Source: Vulcanimicrobiota bacterium (lineage in GTDB: Bacteria; Vulcanimicrobiota; Vulcanimicrobiia; Vulcanimicrobiales; Vulcanimicrobiaceae). From it: a DNA stretch of 64,000 nt. The notes beneath the pieces were generated by a model. The model searched no databases. It had not been told where the DNA came from and saw only the letters and a list, made by a program, of their open reading frames with translations. The DNA is taken from NCBI GenBank assembly GCA_963786105.1, contig CAWAXX010000008.1, positions 1 to 64,000 of the forward strand, written 5' to 3'. Of the stretch, positions 49,079 to 57,647 are shown one piece after another (within the stretch, counting starts at the first letter, position 1; every line of letters begins with the position of its first letter). The position numbers were made by a program, and so were the translations under genes.

Positions 49079-49857
49079 AATCGCTGACGTTTGGAAGTGC
49101 CTCGCACGACGGCACGAACGTACGCGGCGCGCGCTTCGAAGACCGGTCGTCGCTCCCGGTGAGTGCGGCGTGCGTGGTGGCCGGCGGCGTGCGCGAAACC
49201 CTGGCGTCGATTTTCGGCGTGACGATTGCCGTGCGTCTGTTGGAACCGGTTATCCCGTCACCCGAGGCGTGGCTCGCGATCGCGCGCGGTGCGACGCTCT
49301 ACCGTTTTCGTGGAAGCGTGGCCGACGGCGCAATCGTGCTGCGCCCCGCCGACGCGGCAGCCCTCGCCGGCGCGGCGTTCGGGGAACGTCCGATTGCACC
49401 GGCGCCCGAACGGGAACTTTCGCCGCTCGAGCGCGAGGTTCTCGATCGGACCGTCGCCGCAATCGCCGGAACGTTGAACGCGGTGTGCGGCGCTCGCGAA
49501 CGGGACGTGCTCGAACGCGCAGCCTCCATTGCCGGCTTCATCACGTACTTTGAAGTCGTCCTCGAGCAGGCGCTCGAAGCCCGTATCGGCATCGCGCTGT
49601 CGCGCGATCCCATACCGGAGCCGCACGGCAGACTCGAGATCGACGATCTCGGTGACGTGCTCCTCACGCCGGCGGTGTGCATCGATTTGCCGGGGATCGA
49701 AGCTGGTACTCTCGCACGCTTGACGGCCGGCGCCATCGTTCCGATTCCAACGCGCGGTTTTCGCGGACGTTTGCACGTAAATGGACGAACGCTGGCGCAC
49801 GGAACGTGCGGAGCACACGACGGCCGATACGGACTTGCCATCGAGACGCTGACGTGA
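49075..49857 (+). CDS. FliM-like C-ring protein lacking the N-terminal CheY-binding peptide
   Basis: RELSPLE..V motif, C-terminal SpoA-like L..L..G.I.....L.VNG.....G..G...G; upstream of fliN. Confidence 0.62.
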   Translation: MKSLTFGSASHDGTNVRGARFEDRSSLPVSAACVVAGGVRETLASIFGVTIAVRLLEPVIPSPEAWLAIARGATLYRFRGSVADGAIVLRPADAAALAGAAFGERPIAPAPERELSPLEREVLDRTVAAIAGTLNAVCGARERDVLERAASIAGFITYFEVVLEQALEARIGIALSRDPIPEPHGRLEIDDLGDVLLTPAVCIDLPGIEAGTLARLTAGAIVPIPTRGFRGRLHVNGRTLAHGTCGAHDGRYGLAIETLT

Positions 49858-50144
49858 CCGCCGATCCGAAGCGGAGCGGCGAGACCGGAACGCTCGACGT
49901 CTTGATGCACGTTCCGCTTCACCTGACCGCCGAACTGGGCAGACGGCGGATGGCCGTTTCCGAGGTATTGCAGCTGGGGACCGGCTCGATCGTGGAACTC
50001 GACCGCCCGGCCGGCGCACCCGTCGACATTCTTGTGGGCGACAAGGTGATCGCGCGTGGCGAGATCGTCGCCGTCGACGAAAACTTCGGCGTGCGTATCA
50101 CCGAACTTATCGGTCGCGTCGAAGTAAACCGTTGGACGATCTAA
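49854..50144 (+). CDS. fliN: FliN (SpoA domain) C-ring protein
   Basis: VPL.LTAELGR, L..GSIVELD..AG.PVDI.V, ARGEIV.VDENFGVRITE. Confidence 0.92.
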   Translation: MTADPKRSGETGTLDVLMHVPLHLTAELGRRRMAVSEVLQLGTGSIVELDRPAGAPVDILVGDKVIARGEIVAVDENFGVRITELIGRVEVNRWTI

Positions 50145-50788
50145 TCGCCGCCGCTTCGCGCGCGCATGCCGCCGCGCCGCTCGACGTGCTGGCGGTCCTG
50201 ACGCTGCTTTCCATCGTTCCGTTTGCGCTGGTGACGTGCACCTCGTTCGTGCGGATCGTGGTCGTACTCTCGCTCGTACGGTCGGCGATCGGCGCGTCCG
50301 CCTTGCCACCCAACGCCGTGCTCTCGGCGCTCGCTCTCGTCCTAACCGTGGTCGTGATGTCGCCGACGCTGCAGCACATTCGTCGCGAGGCATTCGACCC
50401 GTACTCGCGAGGCGTGCTGACGCAATCCCAGGCGTTGGCCCGCGCTACCCGGCCGCTCCAGTCGTTCATGTTGCGCCAGACGCGTGTGGCCGACATCGAG
50501 CTGTTCGAGCGCGTGGCAAGACGTAGTCCCGAGCCGGCCGCGCAGGCGCCATTCTCGGTGCTGGTTCCCGCGTTCGTAGTCGGCGAGTTACGCAGCGCGT
50601 TTGCCATCGGTTTCGCCCTATACTTGCCGTTCGTGGCGATCGATCTCGCGGTGGCCGCCATGCTGATGGGTCTTGGCATGATGATGCTCAGCCCGCCGGT
50701 GGTGTCTCTACCGGTTAAGCTGTTGCTCTTCGTTATGGTCGACGGCTGGGCGCTGGTCTGCGGAGGCGTGGCCGCAAGCTTTCGGTAA
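50132..50788 (+). CDS. fliP: Export gate protein FliP
   Basis: TSFVRI.VVL, PPN.VL, LVPAF...EL..AF.IGF.LYLPF..ID, GMMMLSP..VSLP.KLLLFV.VDGW. Confidence 0.93.
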   Translation: MDDLIAAASRAHAAAPLDVLAVLTLLSIVPFALVTCTSFVRIVVVLSLVRSAIGASALPPNAVLSALALVLTVVVMSPTLQHIRREAFDPYSRGVLTQSQALARATRPLQSFMLRQTRVADIELFERVARRSPEPAAQAPFSVLVPAFVVGELRSAFAIGFALYLPFVAIDLAVAAMLMGLGMMMLSPPVVSLPVKLLLFVMVDGWALVCGGVAASFR

Positions 50789-50797
50789 TGAGGGGTG

Positions 50798-51706
50798 ATG
50801 CGGATCAGCGATGCGCTCGCAACCGTGCGCCCGTTCTTTTCCTTCGAGTTCTTTCCGCCAAAGGACGACGACGGATCGAATCGCCTCTTCAAAACGATCG
50901 AAGCGCTTCAGCCGTTGCGGCCGGCATTCGTTTCGATTACATACGGCGCCGGCGGATCGACCCGCGCGCGCACCGTCGCGTTGGCAAAGCAAATCCAGCA
51001 AGACATCGGACTGACCGTGGTCGCCCACGTGACCTGCGTCGGTTCCTCGCGCGCCGAGCTGCGCGCATTGTTCGACGACCTCGCTCGGGCCGGTATCGAA
51101 AACGTCTTGGCTCTCCGGGGCGATCCCCCCGCATCGGCAACGGCCTTCGAGCCACCTCCGGGAGGATTCGCGCGCGCTGCCGAGCTGATTGCGATGCTTC
51201 GCCGGAACTACGATTTTTGCATCGGCGCCGCGTGTTATCCAGAGAAGCATCCCGAAGCGGCAAGCATCGCAGACGACCTCGCGCACCTTCGCGAAAAAGT
51301 CGACGCTGGCGCGGACTTTCTGGTGTCGCAGTTGTTTTTCGACAACGGCGCGTTCTTCGATTTCGAACGCCGAGCGCGCGATTGCGGCATCGCGGTGCCG
51401 ATCGTTCCGGGATTGATGCCGATTACGAACTTCGGTCAGATCCAGCGCTTCGTCGCGATGTGCGGTGCGACCATTCCGCCGAAACTTCACGTCGAAATGG
51501 AAGCGCGCAAAGGCGACGTCGAAGCGGTCGAGGCGCTCGGCGTCGCGTACGCGTCGATGCAAGCGGTCGCGCTGTTACACTCCGGGGTGCCGGGCATCCA
51601 CTTTTACACGCTAAACCGGTCCCCCGCCACACGCGCGATCGTATCGTCGATGCTGGCGGCGAGCGCTTGGCGCCCGGCGGGTTACTTCGCGGCAACAACG
51701 CGATAA
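50798..51706 (+). CDS. metF: 5,10-methylenetetrahydrofolate reductase
   Basis: SFEFFPPK, SITYGAGG, AH.TC, LALRGDPP, YPEKHP, QLFFD, HFYTLN. Confidence 0.96.
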   Translation: MRISDALATVRPFFSFEFFPPKDDDGSNRLFKTIEALQPLRPAFVSITYGAGGSTRARTVALAKQIQQDIGLTVVAHVTCVGSSRAELRALFDDLARAGIENVLALRGDPPASATAFEPPPGGFARAAELIAMLRRNYDFCIGAACYPEKHPEAASIADDLAHLREKVDAGADFLVSQLFFDNGAFFDFERRARDCGIAVPIVPGLMPITNFGQIQRFVAMCGATIPPKLHVEMEARKGDVEAVEALGVAYASMQAVALLHSGVPGIHFYTLNRSPATRAIVSSMLAASAWRPAGYFAATTR

Positions 51707-51730
51707 CCGCCGGAGCGTAGAATCGAAGGC

Positions 51731-52000
51731 GTGGACGCCTTCGACGGACTGCTTCGCGACGCGCTGCTAACCACGGCGGCAATTTCGTTACCGGTCCTGG
51801 CCGTCGGCGCGCTGGTCGGAACCGCCGTTGCGGTCGTGCAGGCGGCCACCCAAGTGCAGGAACAGACGCTGACGCTGCTCCCGAAGATTCTTGCGATCGG
51901 CGCTATGGTCGCAACGTTCGGCCTCGCCGCCATGCATCTGCTTGCCGGACTCTTCGATCACGCGCTGACCGTCATTCCGAGTTTGACCGGCGGTTCGTGA
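51731..52000 (+). CDS. fliQ: Export gate protein FliQ
   Basis: QAATQVQEQTL..LPK motif. Confidence 0.92.
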   Translation: MDAFDGLLRDALLTTAAISLPVLAVGALVGTAVAVVQAATQVQEQTLTLLPKILAIGAMVATFGLAAMHLLAGLFDHALTVIPSLTGGS

Positions 52001-52719
52001 CCGCCGCCTCCCTCCTCATCTTCGCGCGTTGCGTGGGTTTCGCGTTTCGTGCTCCGGGGTTTTCGCACCCCAGCGTCAGCCCGGCGGTGCGCGCGGGACT
52101 GGCGGTGTTTCTCACGATCGCCGTCGCACCGGCCGCGCACTTCCCCGTACCCGGCATCGACGGAGCCGCGATGGTGGTAGCGCTCGTTGCGGAATTCGCG
52201 CTGGGCGGTGCGATTGGAATGGTCGCATCGCTGGTGTACGACGGCGCGTACGCCGGCGGCCGCGCGGTCGACGACTACGTCGGGGTAAAGGCGATCGCGC
52301 CAAGCCTGCAGCTGGTCGCCCCGAGCGGCTTTGGGCGCGTATGGTCGCTCGCGTACACGGGCGGATTCTTCTTGACCGGCGCCTACCGCACGACCGTTCT
52401 CGGATTCGCTCAGAGCTTCGAACGAATCGCGCCCGGAACCGAAGTCGACGCGCATGCGTGGGCCGCGTATGCGGCCGGCATGGCCGCCACGATCGTAGTG
52501 GTGGCGGCTGCGGTGGCGGCCCCTGCGATCGGTCTCGCGTTCGTGGTGCAAGTCGCGCTCGGCGCGCTGTCGCGTGCCGTGCCGCGCTTCGGCAGTCTTA
52601 CGCTGGCGTTTCCGCTGGCATTTGGTGCTGCCGTGATCGCCACTGCCGTCGCCGTCCCGTCACTGTCGCAACACGCCCTCGCACCAATTCTCGCGATTCC
52701 TCGCTCCGCACCGCCGTGA
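51997..52719 (+). CDS. fliR: Export gate protein FliR
   Basis: F.R..G....AP.F....V...VR, E...G..IG, AG..VD..G, G.LSR.VP.......FP. Confidence 0.88.
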   Translation: MTAASLLIFARCVGFAFRAPGFSHPSVSPAVRAGLAVFLTIAVAPAAHFPVPGIDGAAMVVALVAEFALGGAIGMVASLVYDGAYAGGRAVDDYVGVKAIAPSLQLVAPSGFGRVWSLAYTGGFFLTGAYRTTVLGFAQSFERIAPGTEVDAHAWAAYAAGMAATIVVVAAAVAAPAIGLAFVVQVALGALSRAVPRFGSLTLAFPLAFGAAVIATAVAVPSLSQHALAPILAIPRSAPP

Positions 52720-53741
52720 ACGACGACTCGGAAAAAGCCTTCGAGGCGACGCCGCAGCGTATCGAAAAGGCCAAGCGCGACGGCAACGTCGCCCGAACGA
52801 GCGAACTGAGCGCCAACCTGGCCTTCGCCGCGGCCGCCGCCGCGCTTATAGGCGTTGCACCGTTCTTTGGTATGACCATCTCTCGCGCGCTCACGTCGGC
52901 CACGTCGGGTACCACCCCGTGGCTTTTCGTCGCCGCCGCACTGGCGCTCGCGATCGTGCCGATCGGGAGCGCCGCGGCCGCCGGAATCGCGGCGAGCGTG
53001 GTGCAAACGGGGGGCTTGCACGTGACCGCCGTGTCGGCGAAACTCGAACGCCTCAATCCATTCGAGGGATTCAAACGCACTGCGTCGCGCGAAACGCTGT
53101 CGCACGCCGCACGCGCAGCCGCCGGTTTTGTGGTCGCAACCGTGGCAATGTCGCCGCCCCTCTGGGCTGCAGCGACCGAAATGTTGCGAGCGACGACGCT
53201 TACGGCGACGGCCGCCGCAGCGTGGCACGCCGTGGGGCACATGGCGTTTGCCGCGTGTGCGACCGGCCTCGTCTTCGCTCTCGCGGAGTATGCCGCGGCT
53301 CGCAGCGCCTGGCTTCGCAAGTTGCGAATGAGTTTCGAGGAGCGCAAGCGCGAATCGAAGGAACAGGACGGCGATCCTTTCGCGCGCGGGCGCCGGCGCG
53401 CGCTGCACCGCTCGCTGCTGCGCGGTGCCATCGCGAAAGTGAAGGACGCGTCGTTCGTCGTCGTCAATCCGATCCACGTTGCCGTTGCGCTCGAATACCG
53501 GCCGCCGGACGTTCCGGTGCCGCTGGTGGTCGTGCGGGCCGCCGGTACCGCAGCTTTGCGCGTCCGCGCCTTAGCCGACGTTCACCGCGTTCCGGTTGTC
53601 GAAAACGTCGCGTTGGCGCGGGCGCTGTACGACGACGCGCGCGTCGGACACCCCATCGGACGGGTCCACTACGTCGCCGTTGCCGAAATCGTCGTGGCGC
53701 TGTCGTGTGCGCGACCCGTCGAAGGGGGCCGCGCCCGGTGA
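52716..53741 (+). CDS. flhB: Export switch protein FlhB
   Basis: EK..EATP.R..KA...G.V..T.EL, RLNP..G.K, LRMS.EE.KRE.K..DGDP, NPIH.AVAL.Y, EN..LARALY. Confidence 0.92.
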   Translation: MNDDSEKAFEATPQRIEKAKRDGNVARTSELSANLAFAAAAAALIGVAPFFGMTISRALTSATSGTTPWLFVAAALALAIVPIGSAAAAGIAASVVQTGGLHVTAVSAKLERLNPFEGFKRTASRETLSHAARAAAGFVVATVAMSPPLWAAATEMLRATTLTATAAAAWHAVGHMAFAACATGLVFALAEYAAARSAWLRKLRMSFEERKRESKEQDGDPFARGRRRALHRSLLRGAIAKVKDASFVVVNPIHVAVALEYRPPDVPVPLVVVRAAGTAALRVRALADVHRVPVVENVALARALYDDARVGHPIGRVHYVAVAEIVVALSCARPVEGGRAR

Positions 53742-55774
53742 CCCGCGCTCCGGTCTACGCGTTTGCCGCTTTGCTGTTGGCGGTGGTCGCGATTTTGATC
53801 GTGCCGCTGCCCCCGTGGCTGCTCGACGTCTTACTGGGCATCAACATTTTCGGATCGGCCCTCGTGCTGTTGCTGTCGGTCACCGTCGAGGATCCGCTGG
53901 AGTTTTCCGCGTTTGCTCCGGCTCTACTCGTCGCGACGTTGTTTCGCTTGTCGCTCGACGTTTCTGCCACCCGCTTGATTCTCACCGATGGCGCCACGCC
54001 CGGCGCGGTTGGAAGCATCATTCCAGCATTCGGCGCGTTCGTCGTGCACGGCAACCTCGTCGTCGGATTGATCGTCTTTGCGATCTTGGTAACGATTCAG
54101 TTCGTCGTCATCGCCAGCGGCTCGCAGCGCGTCGCCGAAGTCGCAGCTCGCTTTACGCTCGATGCGATGCCGGGTAAACAAATGGCCATCGATGCCGACG
54201 TGCACGCGGGCGTACTCGACGCCGACGGCGCACGCGCCAAGCGGGACACCGTGCAACGCGAAGCCGATTTCTACGGCGCGATGGACGGCGCGGGCAAGTT
54301 CGTGAAGGGCGACGCGGTCGCGGCGCTGGTCATCGTTGCCTTGAATTTAGCTGGCGGCGTGGCCGTCGGTACCGCGTACCACGGCCTGTCGCCGCTCGAT
54401 TCGCTCGACACCTTTGCCTTGCTCTCGATCGGCAACGCACTGGTCACTACCCTTCCGGCGTTCTTGATTTCAACGGCGATGGGCATGATGGTCACCCGGG
54501 TCGCGTCCGACGGCGCACTCGGAGCCGACCTCGCGGCCCAGCTGTTCGCGCGGCCCGACGTTTTGCGCGGTGCGGGAGGACTCTTGATCGCGTTGGCGCT
54601 CGTGCCGGCGCTGCCCGGTCCACTCTTTTTCGTGCTGGGAACCAGCGCGTTCGTACTGGCGCAGGCCGCGCATCGGCGACAGCAGCACCGAATGGCAAAC
54701 CTGCGCGACGATCGCGAGCGCGCACGGCGCACGGTGATGCGGCGTCCCGAACTCGCGCTCGGCTTAATCGGCGTCGATGCGATCGCGATCGAAATGGGCG
54801 GTGAGTTGGTGCGCTTGCTCGTGCCGCCGCTGTCGGACGCGTTGCTCGACCGAATCGGAGAGGTTCGTCGCGCACTAGCCGCGGACATCGGTATCGTCAT
54901 GCCGGGCGTTCGCCTGCGTGACGAACTCGCGCGCGATCCGCGAACCTACGCTATTCGCGTGCGCGACCGCCTCGCCGGCGAAGGCCGTCTCGATCTCGAG
55001 CAGGTACTTGTGGTTGCCGACGAAAGCGTTCTGGCGCGGTTCGGCGTCGCGATCGAACGCGAGCCGGTGTACGGCTTGCCGGCGGCGTGGATCGCTCCGG
55101 AATATCGCGAGCGTTCGGTCAATGCCGGCGCGCTCGTGTTCGATCCCATTTCGGTGCTCGGCTCGCATTTGGCAGAGATCGCGCGTGCCAACGCTGCCGA
55201 ACTGGTCGGACGCCAAGAGCTGCAAACGCTCTTCGAACATTTGCGCTCGACCGTTCCGGCGCTGGTGAAGGAAATCGGTACCGACTCGCTGCCGTTCGGC
55301 TGCGTGCACCGCGCGTTTGGCTTGTTATTACGCGAAGGCGCGTGGCCGCGCGACCCGGTGCGCGTTCTCGAATCGATGCTCGAAGCGAGAACGCGCGATC
55401 CACGCGAACTCGCCGAGACGGCACGGCGAATCATCGTTCCGGGCTTGCTCCGGCGTCGCGAAGTACCCGCGCTCGAACCGGCAATCTTCGATGCGGAGTT
55501 CGAGCGCCGTCTAATCTCGACGTTGAACGGTGAGGGCGCCGACGCCACGTCGCCGTCGACGGCGCTCGCACTGCGCGAACGCATCGAGCGTTACGCGGCG
55601 CGCGTGCCGCGCGATCGCGCCGCGGTTCTTTGCACGGCGGAACTGCGTCCGCTCCTGGCGGACTTTTTGCTGCGTTCCGGCGTTCGCGTGGGCGTTTACT
55701 CGTACGGCGAGCTGCCCGGCGATCTTGAGCTTGCGCCGGCAGAAATCGTAACCGAGCCGGCGCTTGCCGTATGA
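53738..55774 (+). CDS. flhA: Export apparatus protein FlhA
   Basis: FS.F...LL..TLFRL.L, RVAEVAARFTLDAMPGKQMAIDAD, FYGAMDGA.KFVKGDA; cytoplasmic domain present. Confidence 0.95.
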   Translation: MTRAPVYAFAALLLAVVAILIVPLPPWLLDVLLGINIFGSALVLLLSVTVEDPLEFSAFAPALLVATLFRLSLDVSATRLILTDGATPGAVGSIIPAFGAFVVHGNLVVGLIVFAILVTIQFVVIASGSQRVAEVAARFTLDAMPGKQMAIDADVHAGVLDADGARAKRDTVQREADFYGAMDGAGKFVKGDAVAALVIVALNLAGGVAVGTAYHGLSPLDSLDTFALLSIGNALVTTLPAFLISTAMGMMVTRVASDGALGADLAAQLFARPDVLRGAGGLLIALALVPALPGPLFFVLGTSAFVLAQAAHRRQQHRMANLRDDRERARRTVMRRPELALGLIGVDAIAIEMGGELVRLLVPPLSDALLDRIGEVRRALAADIGIVMPGVRLRDELARDPRTYAIRVRDRLAGEGRLDLEQVLVVADESVLARFGVAIEREPVYGLPAAWIAPEYRERSVNAGALVFDPISVLGSHLAEIARANAAELVGRQELQTLFEHLRSTVPALVKEIGTDSLPFGCVHRAFGLLLREGAWPRDPVRVLESMLEARTRDPRELAETARRIIVPGLLRRREVPALEPAIFDAEFERRLISTLNGEGADATSPSTALALRERIERYAARVPRDRAAVLCTAELRPLLADFLLRSGVRVGVYSYGELPGDLELAPAEIVTEPALAV

Positions 55775-55920
55775 GGCACGGTCTAGGACCCGGATTCGGC
55801 CGGCCCGCGCGCGCGGTGACTCTGGTAGCCCGGCGGGCTCAGGTTTGCCCAGAGCCGCCGTGTAACAAAGGATACCAAGGGTTTGTATACGCACTTAGCT
55901 GCTCTTGGAGGGCTCGCGCA

Positions 55921-56154
55921 TTGCGACGCACGGTCGGTATTTTGATCTTAACGACGCTCGTTACCGGTTGCAGTGCCCTGCAGGGCGCTTTGCCGTCCCA
56001 TTCGGGCGCCGTCGAAGCCACCTCCGGGATGACCGTCGAGCAATACGCCATCGGACGCTTGGGGGCAAGATCTCGCCACGCCGCGACCTGCCCCAAGCCC
56101 GCGCCCACGTCGAAATCCCACACGCCGCAGCCTGCCAAACGCTGTCCTAGGTAG
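55921..56154 (+). CDS. Small putative lipoprotein (77 aa)
   Basis: GGAGG 9 nt before TTG; MRRTVGILILTTLVTGC lipobox signal. Confidence 0.62.
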   Translation: MRRTVGILILTTLVTGCSALQGALPSHSGAVEATSGMTVEQYAIGRLGARSRHAATCPKPAPTSKSHTPQPAKRCPR

Positions 56155-56179
56155 GGGCGTCCTGCCGCTGCAGCCTGGT

Positions 56180-56208
56180 TTGACACCCGGCGGCAGGGCT
56201 GGTAACGT
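56180..56208 (+). promoter_or_regulatory. Sigma70-type promoter upstream of secD
   Basis: TTGACA-17-TAACGT with TG extension. Confidence 0.7.
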
Positions 56209-56227
56209 TGGAGCGTTAAAGTCCACC

Positions 56228-56261
56228 GGCCCGGCGGGCAACCGTTGCGGGCCTTTTGTTT
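56228..56261 (+). terminator. Intrinsic terminator-like hairpin upstream of secD
   Basis: GGCCCG...CGGGCC stem with inner CGG-GCAA-CCG, followed by TTTTGTTT. Confidence 0.65.
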
Positions 56262-56283
56262 GCACCGCTTTCTTCGGACGCCA

Positions 56284-57645
56284 ATGAGCTGGAATAACCT
56301 TAAAACGCCATTTAAGGCGCTGGTCATAATCGCGGTCGTCGCGCTGTCGATCTGGTCGGTCCTGCCCGTCCAGCAGAAGATTCACCTCGGTTTGGATCTC
56401 CAAGGCGGCTCGCGTCTCTTGCTGCAGTTATATCCGACGTCCGAAGTGCCGCGGATTACGACGCAGGTGCAGGCGCAAACGCGCGAGGTCATCGACCGGC
56501 GCATCAACGGCTTGGGCGTGGCCGAGCCGTCGATCAGCAACGTCGGAGCCGATCGCATTTTAGTCGAGCTTCCGAACGTGAAGAACCCCGACGAAGCCGA
56601 ACGCGTGCTCAAAGAAGTCGCCGTGCTCGAGTACAAAATCGTCCCGCCTGAGGTGTCGCAGAAAGCCAGCGCCGCGCTGACGGTAATCGCCAGCCCGAGC
56701 CTGCCCGCGAAAGACCGGGCGGCTGCGGAAGCCTATATTGCCAAAGGGGCCTACGATGCCAGCGGCCCGGTGGTATATTCTGGTAAAGATTTGAAAGCGG
56801 CGCAAGCCGGATTCGATCAAGGCGGCCAGCCGAACGTGTTGTTCCAGACGAAGGATCCTTCGCGATTCGGCAAGCTCACGACGGCGAACATCGGGAAGCT
56901 CCTTGGCATCTTCCTCGATCATCGCTACGTCGAAGCGCCTCAAATCCAAGGCGCGATTTTCGATAGCGGCGAGATACACGGCAGCTTCACGGAAGAGCAA
57001 ACCGTCACGCTGGCCAACGAGCTCAACGCCGGCGCGTTGCCGGTGACGACGAAGATCGTCGAGAAGGAAACGATCGGTCCGACCCTGGGCAAGATCGACT
57101 TGGTGCAATCGCTGCGCGCATCGATGCTCGGCCTCGGGCTGGTGCTGCTGTTCATGATCGTCGTCTATCGCCTTCCCGGACTGCTCGCCGACGTCGCGCT
57201 GGCGATTTACGTCCTCATAATGATGGCGATCCTCGCGCTCTCGCATGCGACGCTGACGTTGCCGGGAATCGCCGGCTTCGTGCTCTCGATCGGCATGGCG
57301 GTCGACGCGAACGTCCTCATTTTCGAACGCATTAAAGAAGAACTCTGGAACGGCAAGACGATGCGCGCGGCCGTTCGGGTCGGCTTCCAACGCGCCTTTT
57401 CGGCTGTGTTCGACAGCCACTTCACGACCATCGTCGGCGCCGGCGTGCTCTATTCGCTCGGCACCGGGACGGTGAAAGGATTCGCCTTCACGCTGTTCTG
57501 GGGCACGGTCGTGTCGCTCTTCACCGCCGTCTTCATCACGCGCTTCTTCGTCGACGCGTTGGTCGACAACGACGTGGCGACGGCGCCCGAACTCTACGGC
57601 ATCAAGCGCAGCGAAGTCGGCATCTTCGCCAAAGCGGGGACGTAG
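56284..57645 (+). CDS. secD: Protein translocase subunit SecD
   Basis: LGLDLQGG, RINGLGVAEP, GALP, IGPTLG, LTLPGIAG, GMAVDANVLIFERIKEE. Confidence 0.96.
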   Translation: MSWNNLKTPFKALVIIAVVALSIWSVLPVQQKIHLGLDLQGGSRLLLQLYPTSEVPRITTQVQAQTREVIDRRINGLGVAEPSISNVGADRILVELPNVKNPDEAERVLKEVAVLEYKIVPPEVSQKASAALTVIASPSLPAKDRAAAEAYIAKGAYDASGPVVYSGKDLKAAQAGFDQGGQPNVLFQTKDPSRFGKLTTANIGKLLGIFLDHRYVEAPQIQGAIFDSGEIHGSFTEEQTVTLANELNAGALPVTTKIVEKETIGPTLGKIDLVQSLRASMLGLGLVLLFMIVVYRLPGLLADVALAIYVLIMMAILALSHATLTLPGIAGFVLSIGMAVDANVLIFERIKEELWNGKTMRAAVRVGFQRAFSAVFDSHFTTIVGAGVLYSLGTGTVKGFAFTLFWGTVVSLFTAVFITRFFVDALVDNDVATAPELYGIKRSEVGIFAKAGT

Positions 57646-57647
57646 GC

